DNA from: the human T2T-CHM13v2.0 reference genome, Homo sapiens
DNA: 64,000 bases
NCBI RefSeq assembly: GCF_009914755.1
Contig: NC_060941.1
Reading direction: 5' to 3' (one strand)
Shown here: in pieces, positions 1 through 12,245 of the stretch
How positions within the stretch are numbered: position 1 is the first letter of the stretch
Layout of the letters: the number at the start of each line of letters is the position of its first letter
Translations under genes and position numbers: made by a program
The notes under the pieces: generated by a model
Databases searched by the model: none
What the model was told of the DNA's origin: nothing
What the model saw: the letters and a program-made list of their open reading frames with translations, nothing else

Positions 1-1229
1 TAACTCTAGAATAAAAGTTAAAAAGTATTAATTAGTTTTAACTAATTACTATACCTATAGTAATTTGTTAATGGATGCACAACATAAAAAGACATAAATT
101 GTGACATTAGTAACATAAAATGTGAGAAAAAGAAAAGTTAAAATGTACAGTGTTTGCATGCAAAGTTGTTAGCTTAAAATAGATGCTATAAATATAAGAT
201 GTTTTATATAAGCCACATGGTAACCACAAGAAGAAAACTTAGATACAGAAAAGAAAAGGAAAATGGAATCAACACATACCACTAGAAAAAATAATAAAAT
301 CACAAAAGAGAACAGCAAGAGAAATAAAGGAATACAGGAGCTACAAAACAGTCAGAAAACAACAAAATGGCACTAGTAAGTTCATGACTATCAATAGTTA
401 CTTTAAATGTAAATGGATTAAATTCTCTAATTGAAGGATATGTAGTGGCTACATTGATGGGAAAAAAAACAAGATCCAACTATGTTTCACACAAGAGTTT
501 CACCTTAGCTTTAAAGATATATATATAGGCACAAAAGTAAAGTGATAAAAATATATTCTATGCAAATGTAACCAAAAAAGAATGGGGTGGCTATATATAT
601 ACACAACACAAAATAGATCTTAAGTAAAAAATTGTCACAGGAGACAAAAAAGGTCATTATAAAATGATAAAGGGATCAATTCATCAAGAGGATATAACAG
701 GTCCACCCTGTAAATTATAAATATATATGCATCCAATATTGGAATACCTAAATATAAAAAGCAAATATTAATAGACCGAAGGGAAAATACAATGATAGTG
801 GAAGATTTAAAAACTCTACTTTTAACAATGGACAGATTGTGCAGACAGAAAATCAATAAGGAAAAAGTGGACTTGAACAACACTATAGATCAAATTTACC
901 TAATAGATATATACAGAACATTCCACCAACAGCAGCAGAACTCATTCTTTTCAAGCACATATGGAACAATCTTCAAGATATATTATATATTAGGCCACAA
1001 AATGCATCGTAACAAATTTGTGAAGATGGAAATCATATCAAGTATCTTTTCCAATCACAGTGGTATGAAACCAGAAATCAACAACAAGGGGAAATTTACA
1101 AATATGTGGAACTTAAACACACTCCTGAACAACTAATGGGTGCAATAAGAAATCAAAAAATATTTTGAGAAAAACAAAAATGAAAACACAACATACCAAA
1201 ACTTATGGAATACATCAAAAGCAGTTCTA
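1..1229 (+). mobile_element. Old L1 (L1M-type) inter-ORF spacer and degenerate ORF2 endonuclease region
   Basis: ORF2-like start near 367 (atggcactagtaagt...ttaaatgtaaatgg). ORF 792-1136 contains LIDIYRTFH and IFSNHSGMK, typical of L1 EN. Many stops and frameshifts. Confidence 0.9.
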
Positions 1230-1230
1230 T

Positions 1231-1670
1231 ATAGGTATGTTGCATGATGCTGAGGTTTGGGGTACAGATCCCATCATCCTGGTAGTGAGCATAGTACCCA
1301 GTATGTAGTTTATCAACTCATATCCCTTTCTCTCTCTCCCCTGTCTAGTAAGTCCTCAGTGTCTATTGGTCTTATGTTTCCATACACGTGTGCTTAATGT
1401 TTATCTCTCACTTGTAAGTGAAAACAAGCTGCATTTGGTTTTCTGTCCCTGCATTAATTTGCTTAAGATGATGGCCTCCAGCTGCATCCATGCTGTTGCA
1501 AAGGACATGATTTCATCCCTTTTTATGGCTGCATAGTATTCAATGGTGTATATATACCACATTTTCTTTATCCAATCCACCATAGATCAACATCATGCAA
1601 TATACCCATGTAACAAACCTGCACATGTACCCATGGTATTTAAAATGAAAGTTGAAATTAAAAAAAGAAA
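1231..1670 (+). mobile_element. 5'-inverted, truncated L1 3' end (older L1PA/L1PB type): 1231-1583 inverted, ~1586-1670 sense plus poly(A)
   Basis: Minus ORF 1401-1583 is the ORF2 C-terminus (WIKKMWYIYTIEYYAAIK). The plus segment catgtaacaaacctgcacatgtaccc and its A tail are the L1 terminus. Confidence 0.85.
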
Positions 1671-1692
1671 GTCCCAACTGATATAATAAGAC

Positions 1693-2415
1693 AAATAAAT
1701 AACGTCTCTGATGAGAGCCGAATACTTGTTGGGATGCCCTGGCTGTGGAAAGGAGCTGCCCACCATGGGTCTCCTCTAAGCTGTTCTATTGCCCAATAAA
1801 TCTCTTCATCTTGCTCACCTTCCATGTGTCTGCGTACCACATTCTTTCTGGTTGCAGGACAAGAACTTAGGACCTGCCAAATGGTGAGGCTAAAAGAGCT
1901 GTAACACAAACAGGGCTGAAACATGCCCCTTTCTTGTCACATTGTGGGAGAAGAGAAGGAGAGAAGAGCTGCAGCCCTTCAGAGAACCCAGACGAGCCGG
2001 GGCTGTGACTCCCTTTTTGGGGCCCAGCAGTTCCTGGCATCTCCAAGCTTCCAGGTGCTACCATATTCCCTGACGCCAGCCATGGAAGCTGCTTGCAGTG
2101 AACTTGGTACAGCCGCAGCCTCACAGAGAGTCGGTACCCATGCTGGCACTTGAGCCACCAACCCCCCTGCAGCAGCCATCGAATCTGACTGTGTGCAGTG
2201 GCCAGACCCCATGCTCACTCACACACCCCTCACCACTCCACGCCTGACGTGCCTTTGGCAGGTGTGGGATCCAGGCCGGTAGTGTGAGCCAAGTGCAGCC
2301 TGGCAGGCTGGGTGGGCAGAGTGAGCCCAGCGTACCTGAGCAGACCTTGGGCAAAGGCACCACTGGCCACAGAGGTTTCCAGTCAGAAAAGCGACACCCC
2401 AAGGATCCTGTAACA
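1693..2415 (+). mobile_element. ERV1 LTR of the MER52/LTR27/LTR28 group, 5'-truncated
   Basis: GC-rich block with AATAAA near 1795, ending ccacagaggtttcc...gcgacaccccaaggatcctgtaaca (CA terminus). Confidence 0.7.
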
Positions 2416-2866
2416 ATAGTATCAAAAAGAGTAAATATATATAGGAATAAATTTAACCAAGAAGGTGAACAGTCTATACACTGAAATCTATAAAGGAATC
2501 TAAACATTCGAACTCATAAAAGCAGACAGTAGAATGGTGTTTACTGGGGGAAAAAGGATGAGGAAAATACGAAGATGTGGTCAAGAAAGATTGTAGAGTT
2601 TCAGTCATATGAGATGAATAAGTTTTAGAGGTCTAATGTATAGCATGGTTACTACATATTTTCAGGCATTGTATACTTGAAATTTAACCAAAGAGAGTAG
2701 ATCTTAAATGTTCTCACCATACATACAAAATGGAATTTATGTGAGGATATAGATATATTAATTAGCTTGATTGTGGTAATCATTTTGTAGTGTGCACATA
2801 TATCAAAACATTACATTGTACACCTTAAATACATACAACTTTTCAGTGTTAAATTATACTTCAACA
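2416..2866 (+). mobile_element. L1M ORF2 fragment joined to an L1MA/MB-type 3' UTR; terminus resumes at ~3199 after the Alu
   Basis: ggaataaatttaaccaag (ORF2), gagagtagatcttaaatgttctcacc and ttgattgtggtaatcatt; ctcaataaagct follows the Alu. Confidence 0.8.
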
Positions 2867-3199
2867 GGCTGGGTATGGTGGTTTACACCTGCAATCCCAG
2901 CACTTTGGGAGGCTGAGGCAGGTGGATTGCTTGAGCCCAGGAATTCAAGACCAGCCTGGGCAACATGGTAAAACCCCATCTCTACAAATATATAAAAAAA
3001 TAGCTAGGTGTAGTGGCATGTGCCTGTAGCCCCAGCTTCTGAGGAGGCTGAGATGGAAGGATCACTTGAGCCCAGGAGATGGAGGCTGCAGCAAGCCGAG
3101 TTTGCACCATTGTACTCCAGCCTGGGCAACAGAGCCAGACCCTGTCTCAAAAAAAAAAAAAAAGATTTAAAAAAAAGAAAGGGAAAAAAGAAAAACAAA
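2867..3199 (+). mobile_element. Alu (AluJ-like) with A-rich tail
   Basis: Dimeric Alu with ggattgcttgagcccagg and a poly(A) tail. Confidence 0.95.
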
Positions 3200-3579
3200 C
3201 TCAATAAAGCTTGAAAATAAAACTTTTAAGATTTTTAAAGTTAAAAATTTAAATGATCAAATGTCTTTATATAAGAAAAACAGAGTTCTTTTTATAAGGA
3301 AACACTACGTTTTTATTTCTCAGCTGCTTTGATGTCTGTATTCAAAAGTCTCTGAAGTCATAATACATTCTTAAAAAGCCAATGTTGCATTGTGTGGTTG
3401 TCACCCCTACACAACCCCCATTCCAAGAGCAAGGAGTTAGTTAGTTCAAGCCTTTCGGGCTCACTGTAGGAAACATAATAGGGCTTACCAGGGAACTTCT
3501 GAGATTCTGATAGAATAAAAGGTAAATAGAACTATACCCATGTTTGAGAGATCAAACCTTCCGATCTTTTGGTTGCCAG

Positions 3580-3582
<3 letters not shown>

Positions 3583-3624
<42 letters not shown>
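3583..3624. repeat. (AC)21 perfect microsatellite
   Basis: Read directly from the sequence. Confidence 0.98.
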
Positions 3625-3625
<1 letters not shown>

Positions 3626-3662
3626 ACCAGTAAGAATAAAATGGTAATAAAAATGAAAATAA

Positions 3663-3976
<314 letters not shown>

Positions 3977-4026
3977 TGATGCAGATGCAATGGCAAAGAC
4001 TTATTCCCCCCACACATACACTAAAT

Positions 4027-4080
4027 ACATGTACCCTAAAACTTAAAGTATAATAATAATAAAATAAAATAAAAAAGAAT
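4027..4080 (+). mobile_element. Extremely short young L1PA 3' terminus plus A-rich tail
   Basis: catgtaccctaaaacttaaagtataataataataaaataaaataaaaaa matches the final bases of young L1PA elements. Confidence 0.75.
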
Positions 4081-4119
4081 GAATAAAACATTTTAAAAAG
4101 GAAAAAAAAAAAACAAGTA

Positions 4120-5323
4120 TAATTCCTGGAAATGAAGATGAAGCTAAAGACAGCCAAAGGAGAACTCTTAAAGGTAGTAGGAGGAAGGCAAACTGGTCTA
4201 GGGCCTCTGCATTGAAAGAAGAGCACAGCAACAGGACATCTTACTATACCCCATCACCATGACCCGACCAAAGAAAGCACCCTAGGCCTGCTGTTTCTTG
4301 ACCTCTGACCTAGCAACCAAGGGCAGCCCAGACAGGCCGAATTATTTTCCAGGATGGAATGGGAGTTCCTGTGATAACATCAGGAGAGCCTGGCACCACT
4401 GGTGAGGAGAATGGATGGGAAGCCCCATTAATAAGCAGCAGCCATGGAAGTATCCTCCTTCCCCAATGCTTGGTCCCTGTCATAAATTGTCGGACCCAGG
4501 AATCCCCTTTATCCCTGCTGGCCTGAGCCTCCCATTCTTAACTAAGGGCCACCGAGGTGGCCCAGCCCAGAGAAATTCTGTCTGCCCCCTTAGACAGCAC
4601 CAGTAGGGACTAGTGGGAGACCCAATGGCACCAGATAAATCAGATAGACCAAAACAACATTGCAAAGACTAAAAATTAAACTCTCATTGAAACTACAGCC
4701 TGCAAAGGTAGGCCACATTTTGCATGCTAATCTATAACAGAGTGATCACCTGCAAAAGTAGGATATTTAAATAGGACCCAGAGTGTCCTAACATAATAGA
4801 TAAAATGTATGGAATACAATAGATAATAACTCATCATACCAAGAATCAGGAAAATCACAACTTGAATGAGAAAAGATAATCAACTGATGTAAACATAAGT
4901 TGAATCAGATGTTGGCACAACGTGATGGGAATTTTAAAGCAGCAATCATAAAAATGCTTCAACAAATAATTACAAATTCTTTTGAAGTAAATTTTAAAAT
5001 AGCATATAACAACACATAATAAGAATCATAAAAAAGAATCAAATGCAAGTTGTAGAACCATAAAACTATAATAACAGAAAAAAAATTCAGTGAGTGAGCT
5101 AAATAGTATAGTGGAGATAATGGAGGATAGAATCAGTGAATTGAGGGCAGGTGAAAGAGTTTACCCAATATGAACAACCAAGAAAGTAGACTGAGGAAAA
5201 GAATAAATAGAACTTCAGAAACTTGTGGGACAATAACAAGAAAGTCAATGTTTATATCATTAGACATCCAGAAGGAAGAGAGAAAGAGAATAGGGCTGAG
5301 AGAATAATTGAAGGAATAATAGC
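4120..5323 (+). mobile_element. Ancient L1 (L1MC/MD-type) 5' UTR and degenerate ORF1
   Basis: ORF1-like segments: ttaaagcagcaatcataaaaatgcttc, gaggatagaatcagtgaatt, ccagaaggaagagag, tgaaggaataatagct. Confidence 0.7.
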
Positions 5324-5444
5324 TTTGGTACCTCCTTCCTACATTTCCAAGAAATAATTGATTTACAAATAGTCTAGACTCCTTAACTCCAAGCAGTAGA
5401 GAGACACAACTGGATTGGTTTCTTTTTCTGGTTCCTCACTAACT

Positions 5445-5568
5445 CAGAGTATAATGTTGATCAAGTCATTTTATCACTATGGCTCATGAGGCTTCTATTT
5501 CTTCATTTGTAAAATAAGGCAGCAGGTAATGGAGACAATATCCAGGGTTCCTTCTAGCCCTCGAATTG
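5445..5568 (+). mobile_element. MIR3-like fragment
   Basis: caagtcattt...tttcttcatttgtaaaataagg...gttccttctagccct. Confidence 0.55.
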
Positions 5569-7189
5569 ATGGTATTTATGTTATTTTTCAATTGTTTTCA
5601 GATACATGGAGGGTATAAACCTCTGAATTCTCCCTGTTCAGTTCTTGGCTTCCCTTTGGTTGTAGACTAAAAGCTATAATACATTAGACCTGTAAGGACC
5701 CAGGCTATGAAGGAGTTTCAGCCTCTCTCCACCCATGCTGAGCCCCCTAATTCTCATGTAAACACATTTCATTTCAATTTTATTGCTCAGGGCATGTCTT
5801 CTACAATATTCTATGTCATCTAGACCATTTCAAATCAACACCTACAAACATCTTGACACTTACAATCAGCACTAAAGCATCACCCTAACTTCCTTGATGT
5901 GTGGGGAGTCAAAAATTGCCAGGTGCTCACTGGGGAGTTTCATAAATGTAATGTCAGAACTCTCTCCTATATTAGATTTGCCAGAAGGTGGTAGAAAATT
6001 ACTTAACCTCTCTCTGCTCCATTTTACTAATTTACATACTGAAGAATAGGAAAACATTTAGGAAGCATTTTGAAGTCCTTAGATAAATGAAAATGCACTT
6101 GGCACTAAAAACTATCATTATCCCATTTGTGAAGGCCTTTATCTCCCTGTCTGTAAGAGAGTTTCTGCCTGCACTGAATTCCAGCATGTCTACAAGCTGC
6201 CAGTGCCCTGCATTAAGTATTTTCTGTCATCTGTGCTTGCCAGAGATTAGTTTGCAGACATTTTGCAAAAAGCATGCATAATACATACTGCTGAATACAA
6301 TATTTATCATAGAACAGCTCCAGTGATTGAAAAGCATTACCCGACAGCATCCTGTATTGCATGATTGCCCTTTCCATCAATGCACCCTAAGGAGGCAGTA
6401 CAACCCTAACCACTGAGTCACATTTAGTTTAATTCCAAAGCCAAGCCTGGGAGTTGCCTCAGTTTTGCAAAAGCATTATGGTGCTCTCTGAAGGTATTTG
6501 TGTGGCGTGGGATAAGGAAAAGGTGAGGAGACAAAAAATATCTTATTCCTTATTTTCCTTCATCAAAAAACATCTTACCGCCCATTTCAATAGAAAGCTA
6601 AGCACTCTCTTATGTCCATGTGTTAGAATTAGGAGAAGAGATATACTTAGTCACAAGGTACATTAAGCAGCACCTCATCTTCCTTTCCTAATATACATGC
6701 TCTTGGGATAATAAGATTTTGAACAAATGACTCTCTTTATTTCATAAGTGCCATGAATTCTGGCAGGGTTTACTTTGACAGCTATTTTAACAGCACTGTT
6801 AACTCTAAAATCTGTCAGAACAAGTTTGTAACCCCTCCACTAAATGACATCCTTGTCAAGAGTCAAAGTAGATTTTAGTAGAGGGAAGGAGATGCTGGAA
6901 TCAAATCAGTGAGAGAAGCTGAAGATACCTCAGGTGAAAGACCGAGTCCATAGCTCTCTCTTCCTTCTTCCATAGGAAAGACATTTCAGGCCAGTTTATC
7001 CACAACAAATACGTCTTTCCTTGTTCTGTTCAACATACAACGTGATGAGTATACACTAAACCCTTTCTCTACTTTGACATCAAATCTTGATTTTCTTCTT
7101 TGAGTTTCTTTTAACAGTCTTGTTCTTGGCAAGGAGCGCTTAATGTTCCTTTCCTATTTTACCCCTCTGTTGAGGCCAGCATGTGACAG

Positions 7190-7350
7190 TGGCAATATCA
7201 TATTGGAAAAAGATAGAGATTTCTAAATGGAGATAGTAACTCAAAGTATATTTGAAAGAAGCAGGTATTAGCAGAGAAGCAGGATAAATACTGAGGAGGG
7301 AATGCAAGATAAAAGTTATTTTTTCTAAAATGTTAGTGCAAAGTAACTGA
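7190..7350 (-). mobile_element. L2 fragment
   Basis: Purine-rich L2-like segment (tatatttgaaagaagcagg...aagtaactg). Confidence 0.45.
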
Positions 7351-7559
7351 AAAAAAAAGGATGTGAAGCTTGGAAAAAATACATACACACACACACACAT
7401 ACGTGTACATATACATATATGCATGTATATATTTATACACATATATTTCTAAAGTGTTATATAGCCTCCTTGTGCCCACCTCCCAACCATAAATAATATA
7501 TTACAGAACTATTTCTACATTAGGTCACAAATATCTACCTTATTTAGTTTAACACCTGA

Positions 7560-8180
7560 ATAACAGTCAATTGTAAAAATCCACCATTACTTATTTTGAT
7601 CACCTGATCTGGGGCATTTAAACTGTTTTCAATTTTCACTATTATAGACAACTCTACACAAAATTACCTGGTCTTGTAGAATATGTAAATGATAGAAGTA
7701 AAACTGAGATCAAAACGTAGGTGCAAATTGTCCTCCAAAAACAGTTACAATTCCCCCATAAAAAAGGTTATATGAGAGTGCCTACTTCCCAACATCCACG
7801 TCAACACTGAGCTCTATTCACTTTAATTTTTAGTCCTAAAACATTACATTTTATTGTTGTTTCAACTGATATTTCTTTGTTAATAAGTGCAAGTAAACAT
7901 CTTATCCCATATTTGTTGGCCAACAGAATTTTTGTGCTTGGGTGTGTGTTAAATATTTGTTCTTGTTTTTTTATCAGTTTTTCCATTAGGATATTGTTTT
8001 CTTAGTGATTTACACATTTTTACTTACTAAGGATAGCAACCTTAGTTATATATTATGCAAATGTTTTCCCAATTTGTCAATTATTTGATACTATGATTTT
8101 GTGAGGAAGGCTTTTTAAAAATTCTATAGTAAAATCTCACAATTTATCCTTTGATGGTTTCTTATTTCGAGTCTTTCTCA
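7560..8180 (-). mobile_element. Old L1ME-type fragment
   Basis: tatgagagtgcctacttcccaacatcc, ccatatttgttggcca, tgcaaatgttttccc. Confidence 0.6.
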
Positions 8181-8477
8181 ACTAAGATCACAGACAGGCT
8201 TGATTTTATTCAAGCTGGAGTTGCTTATGTTGCACTGCTGTCCCTAAACTGTTTTGCCAGTGATGAATTCAGACAGTCACATATTAGGTCATAAACATCC
8301 ATTTCTGATTATTATACGTTTATAGTCTCTACTAGCCAAGGTCAATTCCAAACGTATAGCTATCTTTACTCTTGCAGTAGGGTCTGTGCAATTAATTATT
8401 ACCTACATTGTTTTTCCTTTACAAAGATTGGTTCTAAAAAGCAACACTTTTTTCATTCTATATGAATGCAGTCCTCC

Positions 8478-8875
8478 AGCATTCATTAGGACATGTAATG
8501 CTAGTTGCTATTCCAAATAACCTCAAAATACCTGTGGCTTTCCAGAATTAGTTTATTCCTTGTTCATGTTACAGAACAAGATATTTCTTCCAGGTGGCTC
8601 TGCTTGCAGTGGTTACTCATCGTGTGGCCTTGCCCTCTCAGAATCCTTTGCTTGTAGGCTTGTGGATAGGGGAATAAGACAGTATGAAAAGCTATACAGG
8701 CGTTATATGGCCAGGTCTTTAAATGGTCTTTATCACTTCTTCCCAGATCCCATTACTTAGAGTAGTCACAAGATCCCACCCACACAGAAAGAAGGGTAAG
8801 AAATTTAGATTTCCTGCATTACCAAAAAAAAAAAAGAAAAAGAAACAGGACTAATGTGCATCTAGCCAGTCTCTC
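8478..8875 (-). mobile_element. Old MaLR LTR (MLT1K/L-like)
   Basis: aaataacctcaaaatacctgtggctt...tttattccttgttcatgttac, tatcacttcttcccagatcccatt, catctagccagtctct. Confidence 0.55.
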
Positions 8876-9214
8876 CTTTAACATACTCCTGACTATATTA
8901 GACTATATTACCTCTAGTGTTTCGCATCCATACATTTGCACTTTATACACATTTTATAAACATATGTGATTTATGAAAGAATGGAACTGTATGAATGGAA
9001 TTGTCTATTTATTTTATTTTAAATATCACATGTTTATTCCACCTGGAAATTGGTTTTGTATATAGAAGTATGTGCAATGTGAAACAGGCATCCACTTAAA
9101 TTTGTTTGAAAAAATTATACATGTATAGAGTAATATTTTCTTTTACTAACCAAATTATAAGGTTTTATTTATCATTTATTAACAAATGAAATACAATGCT
9201 AATTATATGTCAGG

Positions 9215-9400
9215 TAATTTCTTTCTTAATACTTTGGAAAGTTAAGCTAATTTTTCCTCAAACAACCTTATGAAATATTAATCTTATTATTTTCAGTGTA
9301 AAGACCAGAAAAATTGAAGGCTCTAAAGGTTAATGAATTGCCCAAATTCATGCTGTTAGTAAACTGCATATCTGGATTTGAACCCAAGCATCTGGCTCCA
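9215..9400 (-). mobile_element. MIR
   Basis: aacaaccttatgaa...aggttaatgaattgcccaa...ggatttgaacccaagcatctggctcca. Confidence 0.8.
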
Positions 9401-9464
9401 GGAAAACTTCCTAAACAGATCCAGCAACAGCTTGAGAGAACAGGAAAACGATGCTGGTTTTAAG

Positions 9465-9720
9465 TTTACATTAGTTGCTAGGGGAACCATAACAAACTGG
9501 GTGGCTTAAACACCGGAAAATTATTGTCACAAAATTCTGGAAGTTAGCAGCCAGAGATTGGATACCGGCAGGGTTGGTTCTTTCCAAGGGTTGTGAGGAG
9601 GAATCTGCTTTGGGCTTCTTTCCTTGGCTTGTCTTCATGTTCATATGGCGTTCTCCCAGCATGATTCTCTGTGTCCAAATTTTCCCTTCTTATAAGGATT
9701 CCACTTATAGCAAATTAGGA
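9465..9720 (-). mobile_element. MLT1B/C MaLR LTR (partial)
   Basis: cataacaaactgggtggcttaaac...gtgtccaaattttcccttcttataagga. Confidence 0.8.
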
Positions 9721-9721
9721 C

Positions 9722-10025
<304 letters not shown>

Positions 10026-10253
10026 TCAAAATTTGAAAATATCTTCATGTGTCTAATGCATTTATCATACTTTATTTAAAAACAGCCAACTTGTCAAAGT
10101 CCTTGACCTAAAAATAACTTATTAACATTATAGGAACAGCATTGAATAGTATTAATATATATACTTTGGGGAGAATTAATATTTTATGAAGTATTGGTCT
10201 TCCCATCCTGAAACATCTACTTTTCTTAATTTAGTGAACTCATATTTAAGCAC

Positions 10254-10780
10254 TGGTGGTAGCCAACCTCCAAGACGATCCCCAGTGATCCTCACATCCT
10301 GGTATCAATGTCCTCATGTATTCCTCTCCTACATTTTATCAGGGTTGCTCTGAGTAACCCTCAGAATACAGCAGAAGTAACAATATGTGATTTCTAAGGC
10401 TTTGTCCTTGCTAGCTTTTGGATTAGTCACTCTGGGGGGAAGCCAGTCGTCATGTTGTGAGGATGCTCCAGTAGCCCTATGGAGAAGTCCAGTTAATGAG
10501 GAACTGCAGCCTCCACTAAACAGCCAAGGCAACTTGCCAGCCAGGTAAGTGAGCCATCTTAAAATCACATATTTTAGCCCCAATCAAGCCGTTAGGCAAT
10601 TGTGACCCTACACAACATCTTAACTGTAACCTAGTAAGAACTCCCAAGCCAGAAACACCCAGCTGAGCTTTGCCTAAATTCCTGGTCCTCAGAAAATGTG
10701 TTAGATGATATATAATAGTTACATATTGAATCTGCTAAAATTTGGAGTAATATTTTTTGCAGAAATAGATAACTAATATA
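10254..10780 (+). mobile_element. MLT1F-like MaLR LTR
   Basis: tggtagccaacctccaagacgatcccc...cagaaatagataactaatata. Confidence 0.85.
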
Positions 10781-11065
10781 GTTCTTCAGTCTAGTTTTAT
10801 AGTTTCCTCATAAACACCCTATACATGTCTTAGTAAATTTATTCTGTTTTTACTTGCAATACTCAGAAGATACAGAAGGCATCTATGTCTCATTATTTAC
10901 AAAAATCACTCCAATATAAATTTTATATATAATATTATATTAATTGTAATGCTCAATCTGGAGGACAAGTTATATAATATGACTCACCTAGGTATCATCA
11001 AGATCAACAGTAAAGACAGAGAACACTTTCATATTTCATATCCGTAGGAGTGTCCATCAGTTTAA

Positions 11066-11193
11066 CCCATTTATGCCTGAGGTTGCAATTATTGAATTTT
11101 GAAATCAGACCTTGGCAATTACCTTGAGCAGTAGGATATAAATAACTCCCACATGCTTAGAGTTCCAATAGTGGAACACTGGGCATAAATAAG
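11066..11193 (-). mobile_element. MER85, non-autonomous piggyBac (PGBD3-derived) MITE
   Basis: TTAA at 11062-11065 and 11195-11198. TIR CCCATTTATGCCT with an imperfect partner at 11181-11193. Internal gggagttatttatatcctactgctcaagg (minus strand). Palindrome at 11162-11177. Confidence 0.93.
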
Positions 11194-11631
11194 TTTAATG
11201 GAAGTAGTCAGGAGGACAAATAAGCCCAACTCAAAAAGAATGAGTGAAGTATATTCATTGCAGCATCTTTCACCATCCCCAGATCACCTTCTTCCTGTCG
11301 CTGTAGGATCATGCCATATAGAGCTGCAGGGCCATTTGCCAAGAGAGTAGAGAAATATAAACTTAGAAATACAAGATTTCCCCTGGTACCTTATCCAATG
11401 TTGTTGTTTTTAACCTCCTCATTATAGCTTATTGATATCTTAAAATATATAAACCCTCATTTATTGGTGTCAAAAGTTTCTGCCACCAGACCCAGGAACC
11501 CCTGGCATCTTGGCGATCAGATATAATTTAGAACTAACTATATGTACTTTTCCCAATACCCATAAGCACATCTAAAAATTCCTGCTAGGACAACCCTAAT
11601 CACAAAAGAAATTGGAAACACTCTTATGATC

Positions 11632-12245
11632 TGTCAAGGTTCAGTGGGAGACAAACCATATCAGTAATTTGCGTAAGAAAAATATATAAAGAACTGTTAT
11701 CTAGTAAAATGAGATTGACTATCAAGAATGCTAAAGAGAATTCTAAAGATACATGAATAGCAAATGTGGGAAAAAGTCACTCCCTCTAGGGCTGAGAGTG
11801 AGTACTCAAGGAAGGGACAAATTTGACAAGATTCTCCTCCCCTGAGGCTGAGATTCAGATCTCACTGAAGAGGTTGTGGCTGTGGCTCATTGGACAGGCA
11901 AGAAAGAAGCTTTCCAAAGTGCCACCAGTGGAAGTTAGCAAGCAGGAAATGCCTGCTTGGGTATCAGTAAGGCCTCCTGGGAAGCCCACCCACTGGGGTG
12001 GTGGTGAGATTCACTGTGAAGCTGCTCACCAGCTGTCACGCTATAGGAATAAAGAGAAAAGCCTCAGAATCAGGAAAATAAGGCCCTTTATCTTGCAGCA
12101 TACCTTCAGTGTACTCAGCTGAGGAAAGCTAGCATAGCTCCAGTTGGCTAAAGAGAAATGCTTATTGGGCCCAGCTCCAACACTACTAAGAATGACAAAG
12201 AAAGGTGTATTTGGAGTAAGAGACAAGAAGCGGATGACTGGCATA
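11632..12245. mobile_element. LTR78-like ancient LTR
   Basis: Begins tgtcaaggttcagt and ends gggcccagctcca...aaggtgtatttggag...tgactggcata. Confidence 0.7.
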
